Shown here: positions 38,986-48,205 of the stretch, one piece after another | Numbering within the stretch: the stretch's first letter is position 1 | Layout: each line of letters begins with the position of its first letter | Position numbers and translations under genes: made by a program | Notes under the pieces: model-generated | Database searches by the model: none | Seen by the model: only the letters and a program-made list of their open reading frames with translations | What the model was told of the DNA's origin: nothing | Assembly (NCBI GenBank): GCA_947460245.1 | Contig: CANHGL010000005.1 | Coordinates: 25,121 to 89,120, forward strand | DNA: 64,000 nt | DNA from: Sphingobacteriales bacterium | Lineage (GTDB): Bacteria; Bacteroidota; Bacteroidia; Chitinophagales; JADIYW01 | Direction of reading: 5' to 3'

Positions 38986-39852
38986 CTAGTTTAAATACGT
39001 CTTTAATTCACGGGTAATCGCAAAACGACGCATTTTACGAATAGCCTTATCTTTTAACTGACGAACTCTTTCGCGGGTAAGTTTCATTTTGATGCCGATT
39101 TCATCAAGGCTATAAGACTGGCTGAATTCATTTAAACCGAAATACAGTTTTAAAATATCTACTTCTCTTGGCAATAAACCTTTAAGTGCATTATCCAATT
39201 CATCATGCAGCGATTCTTCGTTTAATAGATGATCCGGCTTAGCCATGGAATTATCTGCCATTAAATCTAAACTGGTTGTTTCATCATCATCACCCACAGG
39301 TGTGTCTATGGAAACGTGAAAGGATAATGTGGCACGTAATGTAGCTAACTCATCAGCCTTCATTTCTAATAATTCTGCCAATTCATCATTCGTTGGTTCG
39401 CGTTGATTTTTTTGTTCAAAGTCAACGATAGTTCTTTGTATCTTGTTATAGATAGTTGCCTTGTTCATAGGTAAACGAACGATACGAGGCTGTTCAATTA
39501 AAGCCTGCAGGATAGACTGACGAATCCACCAAACAGCATAAGAAATAAATTTAAATCCTTTGGTTTCATCAAATTTGGTTGCAGCTTTAATTAATCCAAT
39601 ATTTCCTTCATTGATAAGGTCATTTAAAGGCAAACCCTGGTTTTGATATTGTTTGGCAACAGAGACTACGAATCTAAGGTTAGATTGTACAAGTTTATCC
39701 ATTGCTCTAACGTCACCTTCGCGAACTTTACGAGCTGTTACTACTTCTTCATCTTCCGACATCATTGGAAGCTTGGAAATTTCATTAAGGTACTTGTCTA
39801 CAGAAAAACTGTCTCTCGATGTGATTTTGGTGGTAATTTTTAGTTGTTTCAT
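38986..39852 (-). CDS. rpoD: Primary RNA polymerase sigma factor (sigma-70/SigA, short Bacteroidota type)
   Basis: 288 aa. Region 2 (NLRFVVSVAKQY..., ISYAVWWIRQSI) and region 4.2 (LDEIGIKMKLTRERVRQLKDKAIRKMR). Confidence 0.9.
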   Translation of the reverse strand: MKQLKITTKITSRDSFSVDKYLNEISKLPMMSEDEEVVTARKVREGDVRAMDKLVQSNLRFVVSVAKQYQNQGLPLNDLINEGNIGLIKAATKFDETKGFKFISYAVWWIRQSILQALIEQPRIVRLPMNKATIYNKIQRTIVDFEQKNQREPTNDELAELLEMKADELATLRATLSFHVSIDTPVGDDDETTSLDLMADNSMAKPDHLLNEESLHDELDNALKGLLPREVDILKLYFGLNEFSQSYSLDEIGIKMKLTRERVRQLKDKAIRKMRRFAITRELKTYLN

Positions 39853-39945
39853 GTTTCTGGTTTTTTTGTATTAGGGCGATTAATAATATTATTTTTTGAG
39901 TTACATAATAACTAATTGGGGGGATAACAATAAAAAATTACTTGT

Positions 39946-39969
39946 GGTTGTTAGGGTTGTTTAGGGTTT
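39946..39969. repeat. Short tandem repeat GGTTGTTAGGG / TTGTTTAGGG in the rpoD upstream region
   Basis: Read directly at 39946-39956 and 39957-39966. On the rpoD-sense strand it reads CCCTAAACAA CCCTAACAACC. Confidence 0.5.
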
Positions 39970-40027
39970 CTTGGATTTATGTACGACAAGTATACGGAAA
40001 TGTTACATACGATGTACAAAAAAGTAT

Positions 40028-40064
40028 AAAAAAAAATGTAAATACCAATAATTTGGTATTTACA
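40028..40064 (-). terminator. Intrinsic terminator of pnp
   Basis: The minus strand reads TGTAAATACCA-AATTAT-TGGTATTTACA followed by TTTTTTTTT, 34 nt after the pnp stop. Confidence 0.75.
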
Positions 40065-40097
40065 TTTAATATTTTGTACTACAAAAAGTAGTAAAAT

Positions 40098-42230
40098 CTA
40101 AGATTGTGCCTCTTCTTTGGTCATTAAGGCCTTACGGCTTAATTTAAATTTACCGGTTTTGCTATCAACCCCCATAAGCTTAACCATTACTTTTTCACCT
40201 TCTTTTAAAACACCCTCTAAGGAATCCAAACGGTCGTGGGAAACTTCAGAAATATGTAATAAACCTTGTTTTCCTGGTAAAAACTCAACAAATGCACCAT
40301 ATGGCATGATAGATTTCACTTCAGCTTCATATACATCACCAACCTCAGGAACGGCTACAATCGATTTTATACGATCCCAAGCGGCCTTCATATTGTCTTT
40401 ATTGTTAGACAATACAGTAACCTTTCCGATACCTTTCTCTTTATTTTCTTCAATAGTAATAACGGTATTGGTCTTTTCCTGAATATCCTGAATAATCTTT
40501 CCGCCTGGTCCGATTACAGCACCGATAAATTCTTTAGGAATATTAATGCTTTCAGCTCTAGGTGTATGAGGTTTTAGGTCTTCACGATGAGAAGGTATAC
40601 ATTTCTGCATGGCCTCCAAAATATGCAAACGGCCTCTTTTTGCCTGATCTAATGCTTCAGCTAAAACTTCATATGATAAACCATCTACTTTAAGATCCAT
40701 CTGCACACCGCAGATACCATCTTTAGTTCCGGTAACTTTAAAGTCCATATCACCAAGATGATCTTCATCGCCAAGGATATCCGATAAAATAGCATATTTA
40801 CCATCTTCTGCAATCATACCCATAGCAATACCGGATATATGTTTTCTGAATGGAATTCCTGCATCCATTAGCGCTAATGATCCGGCACAAACTGTAGCCA
40901 TAGAAGAAGAACCATTGGACTCTAAGATATCTGATACTACTCTGATTGTATATGGATTTTCATCTTCACTAGGCAGCATTTGCTTTAGTGAACGAAGTGC
41001 AAGATTTCCATGCCCAACTTCTCTTCTTGAAGTACCACGTAACATTTTCACTTCGCCGGTAGAAAAAGGTGGAAAGTTATAGTGTAATAAGAATTTACTG
41101 AAAGTCAATTCTTCTGCTTTGTCAATCATCTGCTCATCTTGTTTTGAGCCGAGTGTAACAGTAGTTAACGATTGTGTTTCACCACGTGTAAATAAAGCAG
41201 ACCCGTGAGGAGAAGGAAGAATATCAATCTCCATAGCTAATGGACGAATCTCATCTGTCTTTCTACCATCTAAACGAATTCTATCATTCAACACCGTATT
41301 ACGGATAGTTGTCTTTTCTAATTTGCTGAAATATTTACTGAATAGTTCTTTATTGAAACTTTGTAATTCCTCTTCAGAAACAGCAGCTAAGTAATCTTCC
41401 TTTATTTTTTTTAGTGAAGCCTTGCGTTCATGTTTACCGGTTGCAGATTTAGCAATTTCATGAATACGTGTTTCAGCAAAAACTTTGATTCGTTCTTTCA
41501 ACGCTTCGTCTTCCAATGGAGCAGCAACAACAATTTTTGTCTTTCCACATTTTTTCTGTAATTCAATCTGCGCATTACATTGTTTGATGATTACTTCGTG
41601 ACCAACTTTTATTGCAGCAATTAAATCCGCTTCGCTGGCTTCCTTCGCTTCACCCTCCACCATCAATATATTTTCAATGGTACCCGCAATGATTACACTT
41701 AGTTCTGCTCTTTCATTTTCTTTCGGAGTAGGATTCACCACAAACTTACCATCAATCTTAGTTACACGAACTTCTGAAATCGGACCTTCAAAAGGTATAG
41801 ATGAAATGGATAGGGCAGCAGATGCAGCTAATCCCACCAAAGTATCTGGTTCTACTTCTTCATCGCTTGAGATTAAATAGATTAATACTTGTGTATCATT
41901 TTTAAAGTTATCAGCAAACATTGGACGAATGGCTCTGTCTACAATACGACAGATTAAAACTTCATAGTCTGATGCTCTTCCTTCACGTCTGTGAAAGCTG
42001 CCCGGAATTCGACCCGCAGCTGCAAATTTTTCCTGGTATTCTACAGTTAAAGGGAAGAAGTCAATACCTTCTTTTGGAGTCTCTGCTGCAACAGCAGTTG
42101 CCAGTAAAATACAATTTCCTGATCTAACAACAACAGACCCATCTGCCTGACGTGCTAATTTTCCTGTTTCTATGGTAGCAGTTCTACCATTTCCGTAATC
42201 AACGGTTTGTGTATGTATGTTAAAATTCAT
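40098..42230 (-). CDS. pnp: Polyribonucleotide nucleotidyltransferase (PNPase)
   Basis: 710 aa. Two RNase PH domains (RxDGR block IRLDGRKTDEIRP), KH (IGAVIGPGGKIIQDI) and S1 (GDVYEAEVKSIMPYGAFVEF). Confidence 0.95.
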   Translation of the reverse strand: MNFNIHTQTVDYGNGRTATIETGKLARQADGSVVVRSGNCILLATAVAAETPKEGIDFFPLTVEYQEKFAAAGRIPGSFHRREGRASDYEVLICRIVDRAIRPMFADNFKNDTQVLIYLISSDEEVEPDTLVGLAASAALSISSIPFEGPISEVRVTKIDGKFVVNPTPKENERAELSVIIAGTIENILMVEGEAKEASEADLIAAIKVGHEVIIKQCNAQIELQKKCGKTKIVVAAPLEDEALKERIKVFAETRIHEIAKSATGKHERKASLKKIKEDYLAAVSEEELQSFNKELFSKYFSKLEKTTIRNTVLNDRIRLDGRKTDEIRPLAMEIDILPSPHGSALFTRGETQSLTTVTLGSKQDEQMIDKAEELTFSKFLLHYNFPPFSTGEVKMLRGTSRREVGHGNLALRSLKQMLPSEDENPYTIRVVSDILESNGSSSMATVCAGSLALMDAGIPFRKHISGIAMGMIAEDGKYAILSDILGDEDHLGDMDFKVTGTKDGICGVQMDLKVDGLSYEVLAEALDQAKRGRLHILEAMQKCIPSHREDLKPHTPRAESINIPKEFIGAVIGPGGKIIQDIQEKTNTVITIEENKEKGIGKVTVLSNNKDNMKAAWDRIKSIVAVPEVGDVYEAEVKSIMPYGAFVEFLPGKQGLLHISEVSHDRLDSLEGVLKEGEKVMVKLMGVDSKTGKFKLSRKALMTKEEAQS

Positions 42231-42258
42231 ATCCTTTTTTAGTTTTATAGATTAGATT

Positions 42259-42283
42259 AAAAAGGCGAGGCAAAAGCCTCGCC
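42259..42283 (-). terminator. rpsO terminator / rpsO-pnp intergenic hairpin
   Basis: The minus strand reads GGCGAGGC-TTTT-GCCTCGCC followed by TTTTT, between the rpsO stop (42301) and the pnp start (42230). Confidence 0.75.
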
Positions 42284-42300
42284 CAATAAGGAGTATAAGA

Positions 42301-42567
42301 TTATTTACGTAATCCTAATTTTTCAATAAGTGCTCTGTACTTAACGATGTCCTTGTGAGCAAGGTACTTTAATAATCGTTTTCTTTGTCCTACAAGCTTA
42401 TATAGAGAACGGGTAGAGGAGAAATCCTTCCTGTTTGTCTTTAAATGTCCTGAGATGTGATTGATTCTGTGAGAAATCAATGCTACTTGTGATTCTACGG
42501 AACCAGTGTTGGTGGTAGATCCGCCAAATTCTTTAAAAAGTTCTTGTTTTTTTTCTGTCGTCAACAT
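42301..42567 (-). CDS. rpsO: 30S ribosomal protein S15
   Basis: 88 aa with GSVESQVALISHRINHISGHLKTNRKDFSSTRSL...LLKYL, the classic S15 sequence. Confidence 0.95.
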   Translation of the reverse strand: MLTTEKKQELFKEFGGSTTNTGSVESQVALISHRINHISGHLKTNRKDFSSTRSLYKLVGQRKRLLKYLAHKDIVKYRALIEKLGLRK

Positions 42568-42605
42568 TCGTCTAATATTTTATTGGTCATCCAAAATTTG
42601 AGTCG

Positions 42606-42613
42606 CAAAGATA
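42606..42613 (-). promoter_or_regulatory. Candidate -7 promoter box (TATCTTTG) for rpsO-pnp
   Basis: The reverse complement of CAAAGATA is an exact TAnnTTTG match, 39 nt upstream of the rpsO ATG. Confidence 0.4.
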
Positions 42614-42689
42614 TCAATATTTTGTGTTACTACAAAATTATTAATGATAAAATTAAGCTGTAAAGTAGCTTACTCAAACGTATAATTCC

Positions 42690-44210
42690 TTATAAATCAA
42701 ACTTAATACCTTGTGCCAATGGTAAATCAACACCATAATTCACTGTACTGGTTTGTCTGCGCATATAAGCTCTCCAAGCGTCAGATCCGGATTCTCTGCC
42801 GCCACCGGTTTCTTTTTCACCCCCGAAGGCACCTCCGATTTCAGCCCCTGAAGTACCCATATTAACGTTGGCAATACCACAATCTGAGCCTGAAGCGGAT
42901 AAGAACAGTTCCATTTCCCGCATATTGGTGGTGATAATAGATGAGGATAAGCCTTGTGGAACATCATTTTGTAATGCAATCGCCTCTTCTAAGTGCTCAT
43001 ATTTCATCAGGTATAATATAGGTGCAAATGTTTCTGTTTTTACAATAGGCAACTGACTATCTACCTCTACGATACAAGGCTTCACATAGCATCCTGAAGC
43101 AAAACTACCAGCGGATAACACTTCACCTTCAATAGCGAATCTGCCGCCTTGAGCCTTGCAGGCCTCTATGGCATTGCGATAGAGCTGAACTGCCTGCGTG
43201 TCTATAAGTGGTCCTACATGAATCCCATCTTCCAATGGATTACCTATTTTTAATTGCTGATATGCGGTTACTAATTTTTCTTTAAATTGCTCATAAACAG
43301 AAGAATGTATTATAATTCTTCTAGTAGTAGTACAACGCTGTCCGGTAGTACCCGTTGCGCCAAACACGCTACCAATCACTGCTAGTTTCAAATCTGCATC
43401 AGGCGTAATGATAATGGCATTGTTTCCCCCGAGCTCCAATAAGGTTTTACCTAACCTGGCGGCAACTGTTTTAGCTACTTCTTTACCCATTCTAGTAGAA
43501 CCGGTAGCAGAAACTAAGGCTATGCGTTCATCCTGAGCAATCCACTCCCCAATTTCACGACCTCCGGTTACCAAACAAGACAAGCCTTCCGGTAAATTAT
43601 TTTCCCGAATTACTTTTTCTACAATCTTTTGGCAGGCAATACCCGTTAAAGGGGTTTTCTCAGAAGGCTTCCATATACACACGTTTCCACACACCCAAGC
43701 CAACATGGAATTCCAGCCCCAAACAGCAGCAGGAAAATTGAAGGCTGTGATAATCCCTGTAATTCCAAGTGGATGCCATTGCTCATACATTCTGTGGTTT
43801 GGACGCTCAGAATGCATGGATAGGCCATAGAGCTGTCTGGATAAGCCCACTGCGAAATCGCATATATCTATAATCTCCTGTACTTCTCCTAAGCCTTCTT
43901 GTAGGCTTTTCCCCATTTCCCAGGAAACCAATCTTCCTAAATCATCTTTGTGATCCCTGAAGGCATTACCCATCTGACGAATAATTTCACCTCTTTTGGG
44001 TGCCGGAACCATTCTCCATATCTTAAAAGCTGCTTCTGCAGCGACCAATGTCTTTTCGTATTCCTCTTTTCCACTGATTTCTACGGATGCAATCTTATTG
44101 CCATCAACAGGAGAAAAAGAATCTAATTGATTGCTTGTTGAGAACCATTGAGTTCCGGTGGAAGCACCCTGATTTACGTCAAGGATATTTAAGTTTTTTA
44201 GAAACTTCAT
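42690..44210 (-). CDS. NAD-dependent aldehyde dehydrogenase (ALDH7 / piperideine-6-carboxylate dehydrogenase-like)
   Basis: 506 aa. Catalytic Glu block LELGGNNA, Cys block GTTGQRCTTTRR, and a WKPSEKTP cofactor block. Confidence 0.8.
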   Translation of the reverse strand: MKFLKNLNILDVNQGASTGTQWFSTSNQLDSFSPVDGNKIASVEISGKEEYEKTLVAAEAAFKIWRMVPAPKRGEIIRQMGNAFRDHKDDLGRLVSWEMGKSLQEGLGEVQEIIDICDFAVGLSRQLYGLSMHSERPNHRMYEQWHPLGITGIITAFNFPAAVWGWNSMLAWVCGNVCIWKPSEKTPLTGIACQKIVEKVIRENNLPEGLSCLVTGGREIGEWIAQDERIALVSATGSTRMGKEVAKTVAARLGKTLLELGGNNAIIITPDADLKLAVIGSVFGATGTTGQRCTTTRRIIIHSSVYEQFKEKLVTAYQQLKIGNPLEDGIHVGPLIDTQAVQLYRNAIEACKAQGGRFAIEGEVLSAGSFASGCYVKPCIVEVDSQLPIVKTETFAPILYLMKYEHLEEAIALQNDVPQGLSSSIITTNMREMELFLSASGSDCGIANVNMGTSGAEIGGAFGGEKETGGGRESGSDAWRAYMRRQTSTVNYGVDLPLAQGIKFDL

Positions 44211-44309
44211 AATTATTATTTACGGTGCAAAGGTAATAAAATGCTGCAAGTCTTTCGGATTTATGGATAAGATTCAATGGCTATTGTTTGATTAATGTTT
44301 TTTTGTTGA

Positions 44310-44317
44310 TACTTTTG
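44310..44317 (+). promoter_or_regulatory. Candidate -7 promoter box (TACTTTTG) for yajC-coaE
   Basis: Exact TAnnTTTG match 18 nt upstream of the yajC ATG. A TTG lies about 19 nt further upstream (44288-44290). Confidence 0.45.
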
Positions 44318-44334
44318 TACTACAATTATTATTT

Positions 44335-44664
44335 ATGCAATTACTATTCTTACTACAGGGAGCTCCTAATTCTAGCATACCAACAATTCTTATGATGGGG
44401 TTGATGTTCGTTGTATTTTATTTCTTTATCATTCGTCCTCAATCCAAAAAGGCAAAAGATCAACAAAATTTCATTGAAACGCTTAAAAGCGGAGATAAGG
44501 TGGTTACCATTGCTGGTATTCATGGAAAAATTGTAGCCGTTAATGAAGAAGATAAAACCTTCATGATACAAGTGGATGGACCTACCCGTTTAAAGATTGA
44601 AAAATCTGCTATTAATGCGGAACTGTCTAAAGCAGTTCAGGGTTCAGCTGCAGCTACTGCCTAA
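44335..44664 (+). CDS. yajC: Preprotein translocase subunit YajC
   Basis: 109 aa. Single TM followed by IIRPQSKKAKDQQNFIETLKSGDKVVTIAGIHGKI, the YajC signature region. Confidence 0.8.
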   Translation: MQLLFLLQGAPNSSIPTILMMGLMFVVFYFFIIRPQSKKAKDQQNFIETLKSGDKVVTIAGIHGKIVAVNEEDKTFMIQVDGPTRLKIEKSAINAELSKAVQGSAAATA

Positions 44665-44670
44665 TTCCTT

Positions 44671-45258
44671 ATGATCAAAGTGGGTATTACGGGTGGAATC
44701 GGCAGCGGCAAAACTACTGTTTGTCGACTATTCGCCACACTTGGTATTCCTGTATATCATGCAGATGACAGAGCCAAAGAGCTTATGGTCTCCAATCCTT
44801 TAGTTGTTGAGAACATCAAAAAACTTTTTGGAGAGCAAGCCTATGATGCAAATGGCCTGAACAGAAAACGGATAGCGGAAGCTGTTTTTAATGACGACGA
44901 GCTTTTAAAACAACTCAATGCCATTGTCCATCCTGCTGTTTTTGAGGATGCTCAACAATGGTTTCAACATCATCAGGATAAAGCATACATACTATATGAG
45001 GCTGCGATAATGTTTGAATCCGGCAGTAACAAAATGATGGATAAGCTGATTACCGTGGTGGCTCCTTTGGAAGAAAGAATTTCAAGAACCATGCAACGTG
45101 ATCAGGTAAGTAGCGCAGAGGTTATGGCTCGTATACAAAAACAATTACCAGACGAAGAGAAGATCAAACAGTCTGATTTTGTGATTTATAATGACGGATC
45201 AGCACCATTAATGGAGCAGGTAATGGAAATACATCAAAAGCTGATAACGACGATATAG
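44671..45258 (+). CDS. coaE: Dephospho-CoA kinase
   Basis: P-loop GITGGIGSGKTTV plus the HP..., IVHPAVFED blocks. 195 aa. Confidence 0.85.
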   Translation: MIKVGITGGIGSGKTTVCRLFATLGIPVYHADDRAKELMVSNPLVVENIKKLFGEQAYDANGLNRKRIAEAVFNDDELLKQLNAIVHPAVFEDAQQWFQHHQDKAYILYEAAIMFESGSNKMMDKLITVVAPLEERISRTMQRDQVSSAEVMARIQKQLPDEEKIKQSDFVIYNDGSAPLMEQVMEIHQKLITTI

Positions 45259-45355
45259 TTCTGTTTGCTGTGTACAACTTTATTTTCTTGTTTTTACAGA
45301 ACTATATATTTTAGAGAGCTGTTTATTCAACAGTATTTTTTTTTAACAAACGATT

Positions 45356-46291
45356 ATGATAGAAACTATAAATTGTCTGATTATTGGTGCAGGTCCTGCT
45401 GGATATACTGCTGCTATTTATGCTGCACGTGCAAATCTAAAACCTGTATTATATACTGGATTAGAACCGGGCGGACAACTCATGACCACCACTGATGTAG
45501 AAAATTATCCCGGATATCCAGAAGCTGTAACTGGACCAAAGATGATGGATGACTTTCAAAAACAAGCAGAGCGTGTAGGAACTGAAGTTCGTTTTGGTTT
45601 GGTAACTAAAGTTGATTTTTCCGGGAAAGTACATAAGGTTTGGATAGATGATGAAAAAGAAATTCATGCCAACTCCGTTATTATTGCTACCGGAGCTAAA
45701 GCCAAATGGCTGGGAATTGAATCCGAAGAACGATTAAATGGAAGAGGAGTTTCAGCGTGTGCTGTTTGTGATGGATTCTTCTATAAAGGAAAAGAAGTGG
45801 CTATTGTTGGGGCAGGAGATACAGCCGCAGAAGAAGCCTTGTATTTATCAAATCTTTGTCCGCAGGTACACATGATTGTGCGCAGAGATAAAATGCGTGC
45901 TTCTAAAATTATGCAAGAGCGTGTAATCCGTAAAGAGAATATAAAAATATACTGGAATTCAGAAACAGAAGATATATTAGGACAAGACAAAGTTGAAGGA
46001 GTACGTTTAAAAAATACTGTTACACAGGAAATTTCTGAAATAAAAGTAGAAGGTTTCTTTGTCGCTATTGGTCACCAACCCAACTCTGCTATCTTTAAAG
46101 ATTTTCTGGTTATGGATGAAATCGGATACATACAGACAATACCTGGTACTTCTAAAACAAAAGTAAATGGCGTATTTGCTTCAGGAGATGTACAAGATAA
46201 AATATACAGACAAGCAGTAACTTCTGCAGGCTCTGGATGTATGGCAGCTCTGGATGCAGAGCGTTACCTGGCTGAAAACTTTGAGCATTAA
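45356..46291 (+). CDS. trxB: Thioredoxin-disulfide reductase
   Basis: FAD fold IIGAGPAGYTAAIYAAR, redox-active CAVCDG, and NADPH fold VGAGDTAAEEA. Confidence 0.9.
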   Translation: MIETINCLIIGAGPAGYTAAIYAARANLKPVLYTGLEPGGQLMTTTDVENYPGYPEAVTGPKMMDDFQKQAERVGTEVRFGLVTKVDFSGKVHKVWIDDEKEIHANSVIIATGAKAKWLGIESEERLNGRGVSACAVCDGFFYKGKEVAIVGAGDTAAEEALYLSNLCPQVHMIVRRDKMRASKIMQERVIRKENIKIYWNSETEDILGQDKVEGVRLKNTVTQEISEIKVEGFFVAIGHQPNSAIFKDFLVMDEIGYIQTIPGTSKTKVNGVFASGDVQDKIYRQAVTSAGSGCMAALDAERYLAENFEH

Positions 46292-46304
46292 CAAAATTTA
46301 ATTA

Positions 46305-46333
46305 AAGCAGACTTATAAAAATAAGCAGACTTA
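46305..46333 (+). repeat. Perfect 11-nt direct repeat AAGCAGACTTA x2 (18-nt period) in the trxB / DUF4294 intergenic region
   Basis: Copies read at 46305-46315 and 46323-46333, 37 nt upstream of the ATG at 46370. Confidence 0.6.
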
Positions 46334-46369
46334 CCTAATTGTAGTTAAATTTATAACGTGTCTGTTTTT

Positions 46370-47023
46370 ATGAAGAGAATTACACTTTTATCTGCATTAC
46401 TGTTCGGGTTTCATTATTTTGGATTTTCAAAAAAAATTTCGGTTTACGATACTATTATATTGCCAAAGATTATCCTTTTGGGAGACACTTTACCAGAAAT
46501 CGTTCTTGATCCAATAGAAGTTAGAGCCACCAGGTTAGGAAAGGTAAATCTGGAAGAGTGGCAGATGCGTTACCTGAGAATTGTGTATCCTTATGCATTG
46601 CGAACTGCTCGTTTATCAAAAAAAGTGAATGATGATCTCGAAAAATGTAAAACAAATAGACAGCGAAAGCATTATTTAGATGAATGTGAGAAAGTGCTGA
46701 GAAATGAATTTGAAAGCACCTTAAAAAATTTATCGCGTAAGCAGGGGCAGTACCTTATAAAACTAATCAATCGGGAAACCGGACAAAGTGTGTATAATTT
46801 ATTGAAAGAATACCGCAGCGGATGGAAGGCATTTTGGTGGAATTTTATGGGTAAGTTTTTCCAGCTGGATATGAGAGCTGAATACGACCCGGAAGGAGAA
46901 GACAGGGAAGTAGAAAATTATATTGCCCGATTAGAAGAAGTATATCAACATGACGGAACTATATATCTAATACAAAATGAAAAATTCAATACACCAATTC
47001 CGGGTCAAAAACGCTCAAAATAA
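46370..47023 (+). CDS. DUF4294-family secreted protein
   Basis: Signal peptide MKRITLLSALLFGF, then the blocks VYPYA and RKQGQYLIKLINRETGQSVYNLLKEYRSGWKAFWW typical of DUF4294. ATG at 46370 is preferred over GTG at 46358. Confidence 0.6.
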   Translation: MKRITLLSALLFGFHYFGFSKKISVYDTIILPKIILLGDTLPEIVLDPIEVRATRLGKVNLEEWQMRYLRIVYPYALRTARLSKKVNDDLEKCKTNRQRKHYLDECEKVLRNEFESTLKNLSRKQGQYLIKLINRETGQSVYNLLKEYRSGWKAFWWNFMGKFFQLDMRAEYDPEGEDREVENYIARLEEVYQHDGTIYLIQNEKFNTPIPGQKRSK

Positions 47024-47468
47024 AGAGGTAGACCTGTCAGATTTTAAAGGAAAAGTAGTGCTGGTTGTAAATACAGCATCCAAGTGTGGACTTACCCCTC
47101 AGCTCAAAAACCTGGAAGAACTGTATCAGCAGTATAAAGCTCAGGGGTTTGAAATCATAGGTTTTCCATCCAATGATTTTGCCGGACAAGAACCCTTGTC
47201 TTCTGAAAAAGCAGAAGAATTTTGTATGATTAATTACGGAGTTACTTTTCCTATTATGGAAAAGGTTCACGTTAAAAAAGGGAAGGAACAGCACGAATTG
47301 TTTAAGTTTATGGGAGAGCATACCTCAGGGCTATTTAATTACCCTAAATGGAATTTCCATAAGTACCTCATTGATAAAAACGGAGAGGTAGTAGATTATT
47401 TTGTTCCCATCACGCAGCCAACAGACAAGAAGGTCAAACAAAAAATTGAAGCATTATTATCCAAATAA
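46977..47468 (+). CDS. Glutathione peroxidase family protein (Cys-type)
   Basis: SIHQFRVKNAQNKEVDLSDFKGKVVLVVNTASKCGLTPQ active-site block (Cys, not Sec), FPSNDF and KWNFHKYL blocks. Confidence 0.85.
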   Translation: MKNSIHQFRVKNAQNKEVDLSDFKGKVVLVVNTASKCGLTPQLKNLEELYQQYKAQGFEIIGFPSNDFAGQEPLSSEKAEEFCMINYGVTFPIMEKVHVKKGKEQHELFKFMGEHTSGLFNYPKWNFHKYLIDKNGEVVDYFVPITQPTDKKVKQKIEALLSK

Positions 47469-47488
47469 CGATTCATTAAAATAGCCTG

Positions 47489-48196
47489 ATGAAATTAGAC
47501 ATCCTCGTTTTCTCTGCCCATCCGGACGACATAGAACTTTCTTGTTGTGGAACGGTGATGAAACATATTGAGCTTGGTTATAAAGTAGGGATAGTAGACT
47601 TAACAAGAGGTGAATTGGGAACTCGTGGCAGTGCGGAAATTCGTGCTGAGGAAACTCAAAGAGCTTCGGATATTTTAGGAATTAGTATCAGGGAAAATCT
47701 GGGCTTTAGAGATGGCTTTTTTGAAATAGATGAAACGCATTTACTAAAAGTAGTGAGCATCATTCGAAAATACCAGCCGGAGATAATTTTAGCTAATGCC
47801 ATACGGGATCGTCATCCAGACCATAAAAGAGCCGGAGATTTAGTATCAAGAGCAAATTTTTTGAGTGGATTGGTGAAGGTTAATTCCAATAGTACTGAAA
47901 ACCCTTGGAGAGCAAAAGCTGTTTACCGTTATGTTCAAGACGAATTTGTACAACCAGATTTTGTAGTAGATGTTACAAAATACCATGATAAAAAGCTCGA
48001 AGCTATAAAAGCATTTAAGTCTCAATTTTTTGATGAGGATTCACAGGAACCACAAACACCTATATCCAGGAAAGACTTTCTGGATTTTATTACTGGAAAA
48101 GCCAGGCAATTCGGGAGGCCCATTCATTGTGAGTTTGCAGAAGGATTTACCGTTGAACGGTATATAGGGGTGGATAATCTTCTAGACTTGAAATAA
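47489..48196 (+). CDS. bshB1: LmbE/PIG-L family deacetylase, bacillithiol biosynthesis BshB1-like
   Basis: The LVFSAHPDDIELSCCGT zinc-binding motif, HPDH block and 235-aa length match BshB1-type enzymes. Confidence 0.7.
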   Translation: MKLDILVFSAHPDDIELSCCGTVMKHIELGYKVGIVDLTRGELGTRGSAEIRAEETQRASDILGISIRENLGFRDGFFEIDETHLLKVVSIIRKYQPEIILANAIRDRHPDHKRAGDLVSRANFLSGLVKVNSNSTENPWRAKAVYRYVQDEFVQPDFVVDVTKYHDKKLEAIKAFKSQFFDEDSQEPQTPISRKDFLDFITGKARQFGRPIHCEFAEGFTVERYIGVDNLLDLK

Positions 48197-48205
48197 AAAT
48201 ATATT

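Noticed and set aside
39946-39969. A TTAGGG-type motif repeated twice, which resembles a telomere repeat.
   Set aside because: There are only two imperfect units inside a bacterial intergenic region. It is not a telomeric array and is kept only as a possible leader element.
45265-45495. A 76-aa Cys-rich ORF (…CRSCWIYCCYLCCTCKSKTC…) that could pass for a small cysteine-rich peptide.
   Set aside because: It uses a TTG start and overlaps the well-supported trxB start (45356) in another frame. The Cys richness is simply the alternative reading of the GxGxxG/Ala-rich FAD-fold codons.
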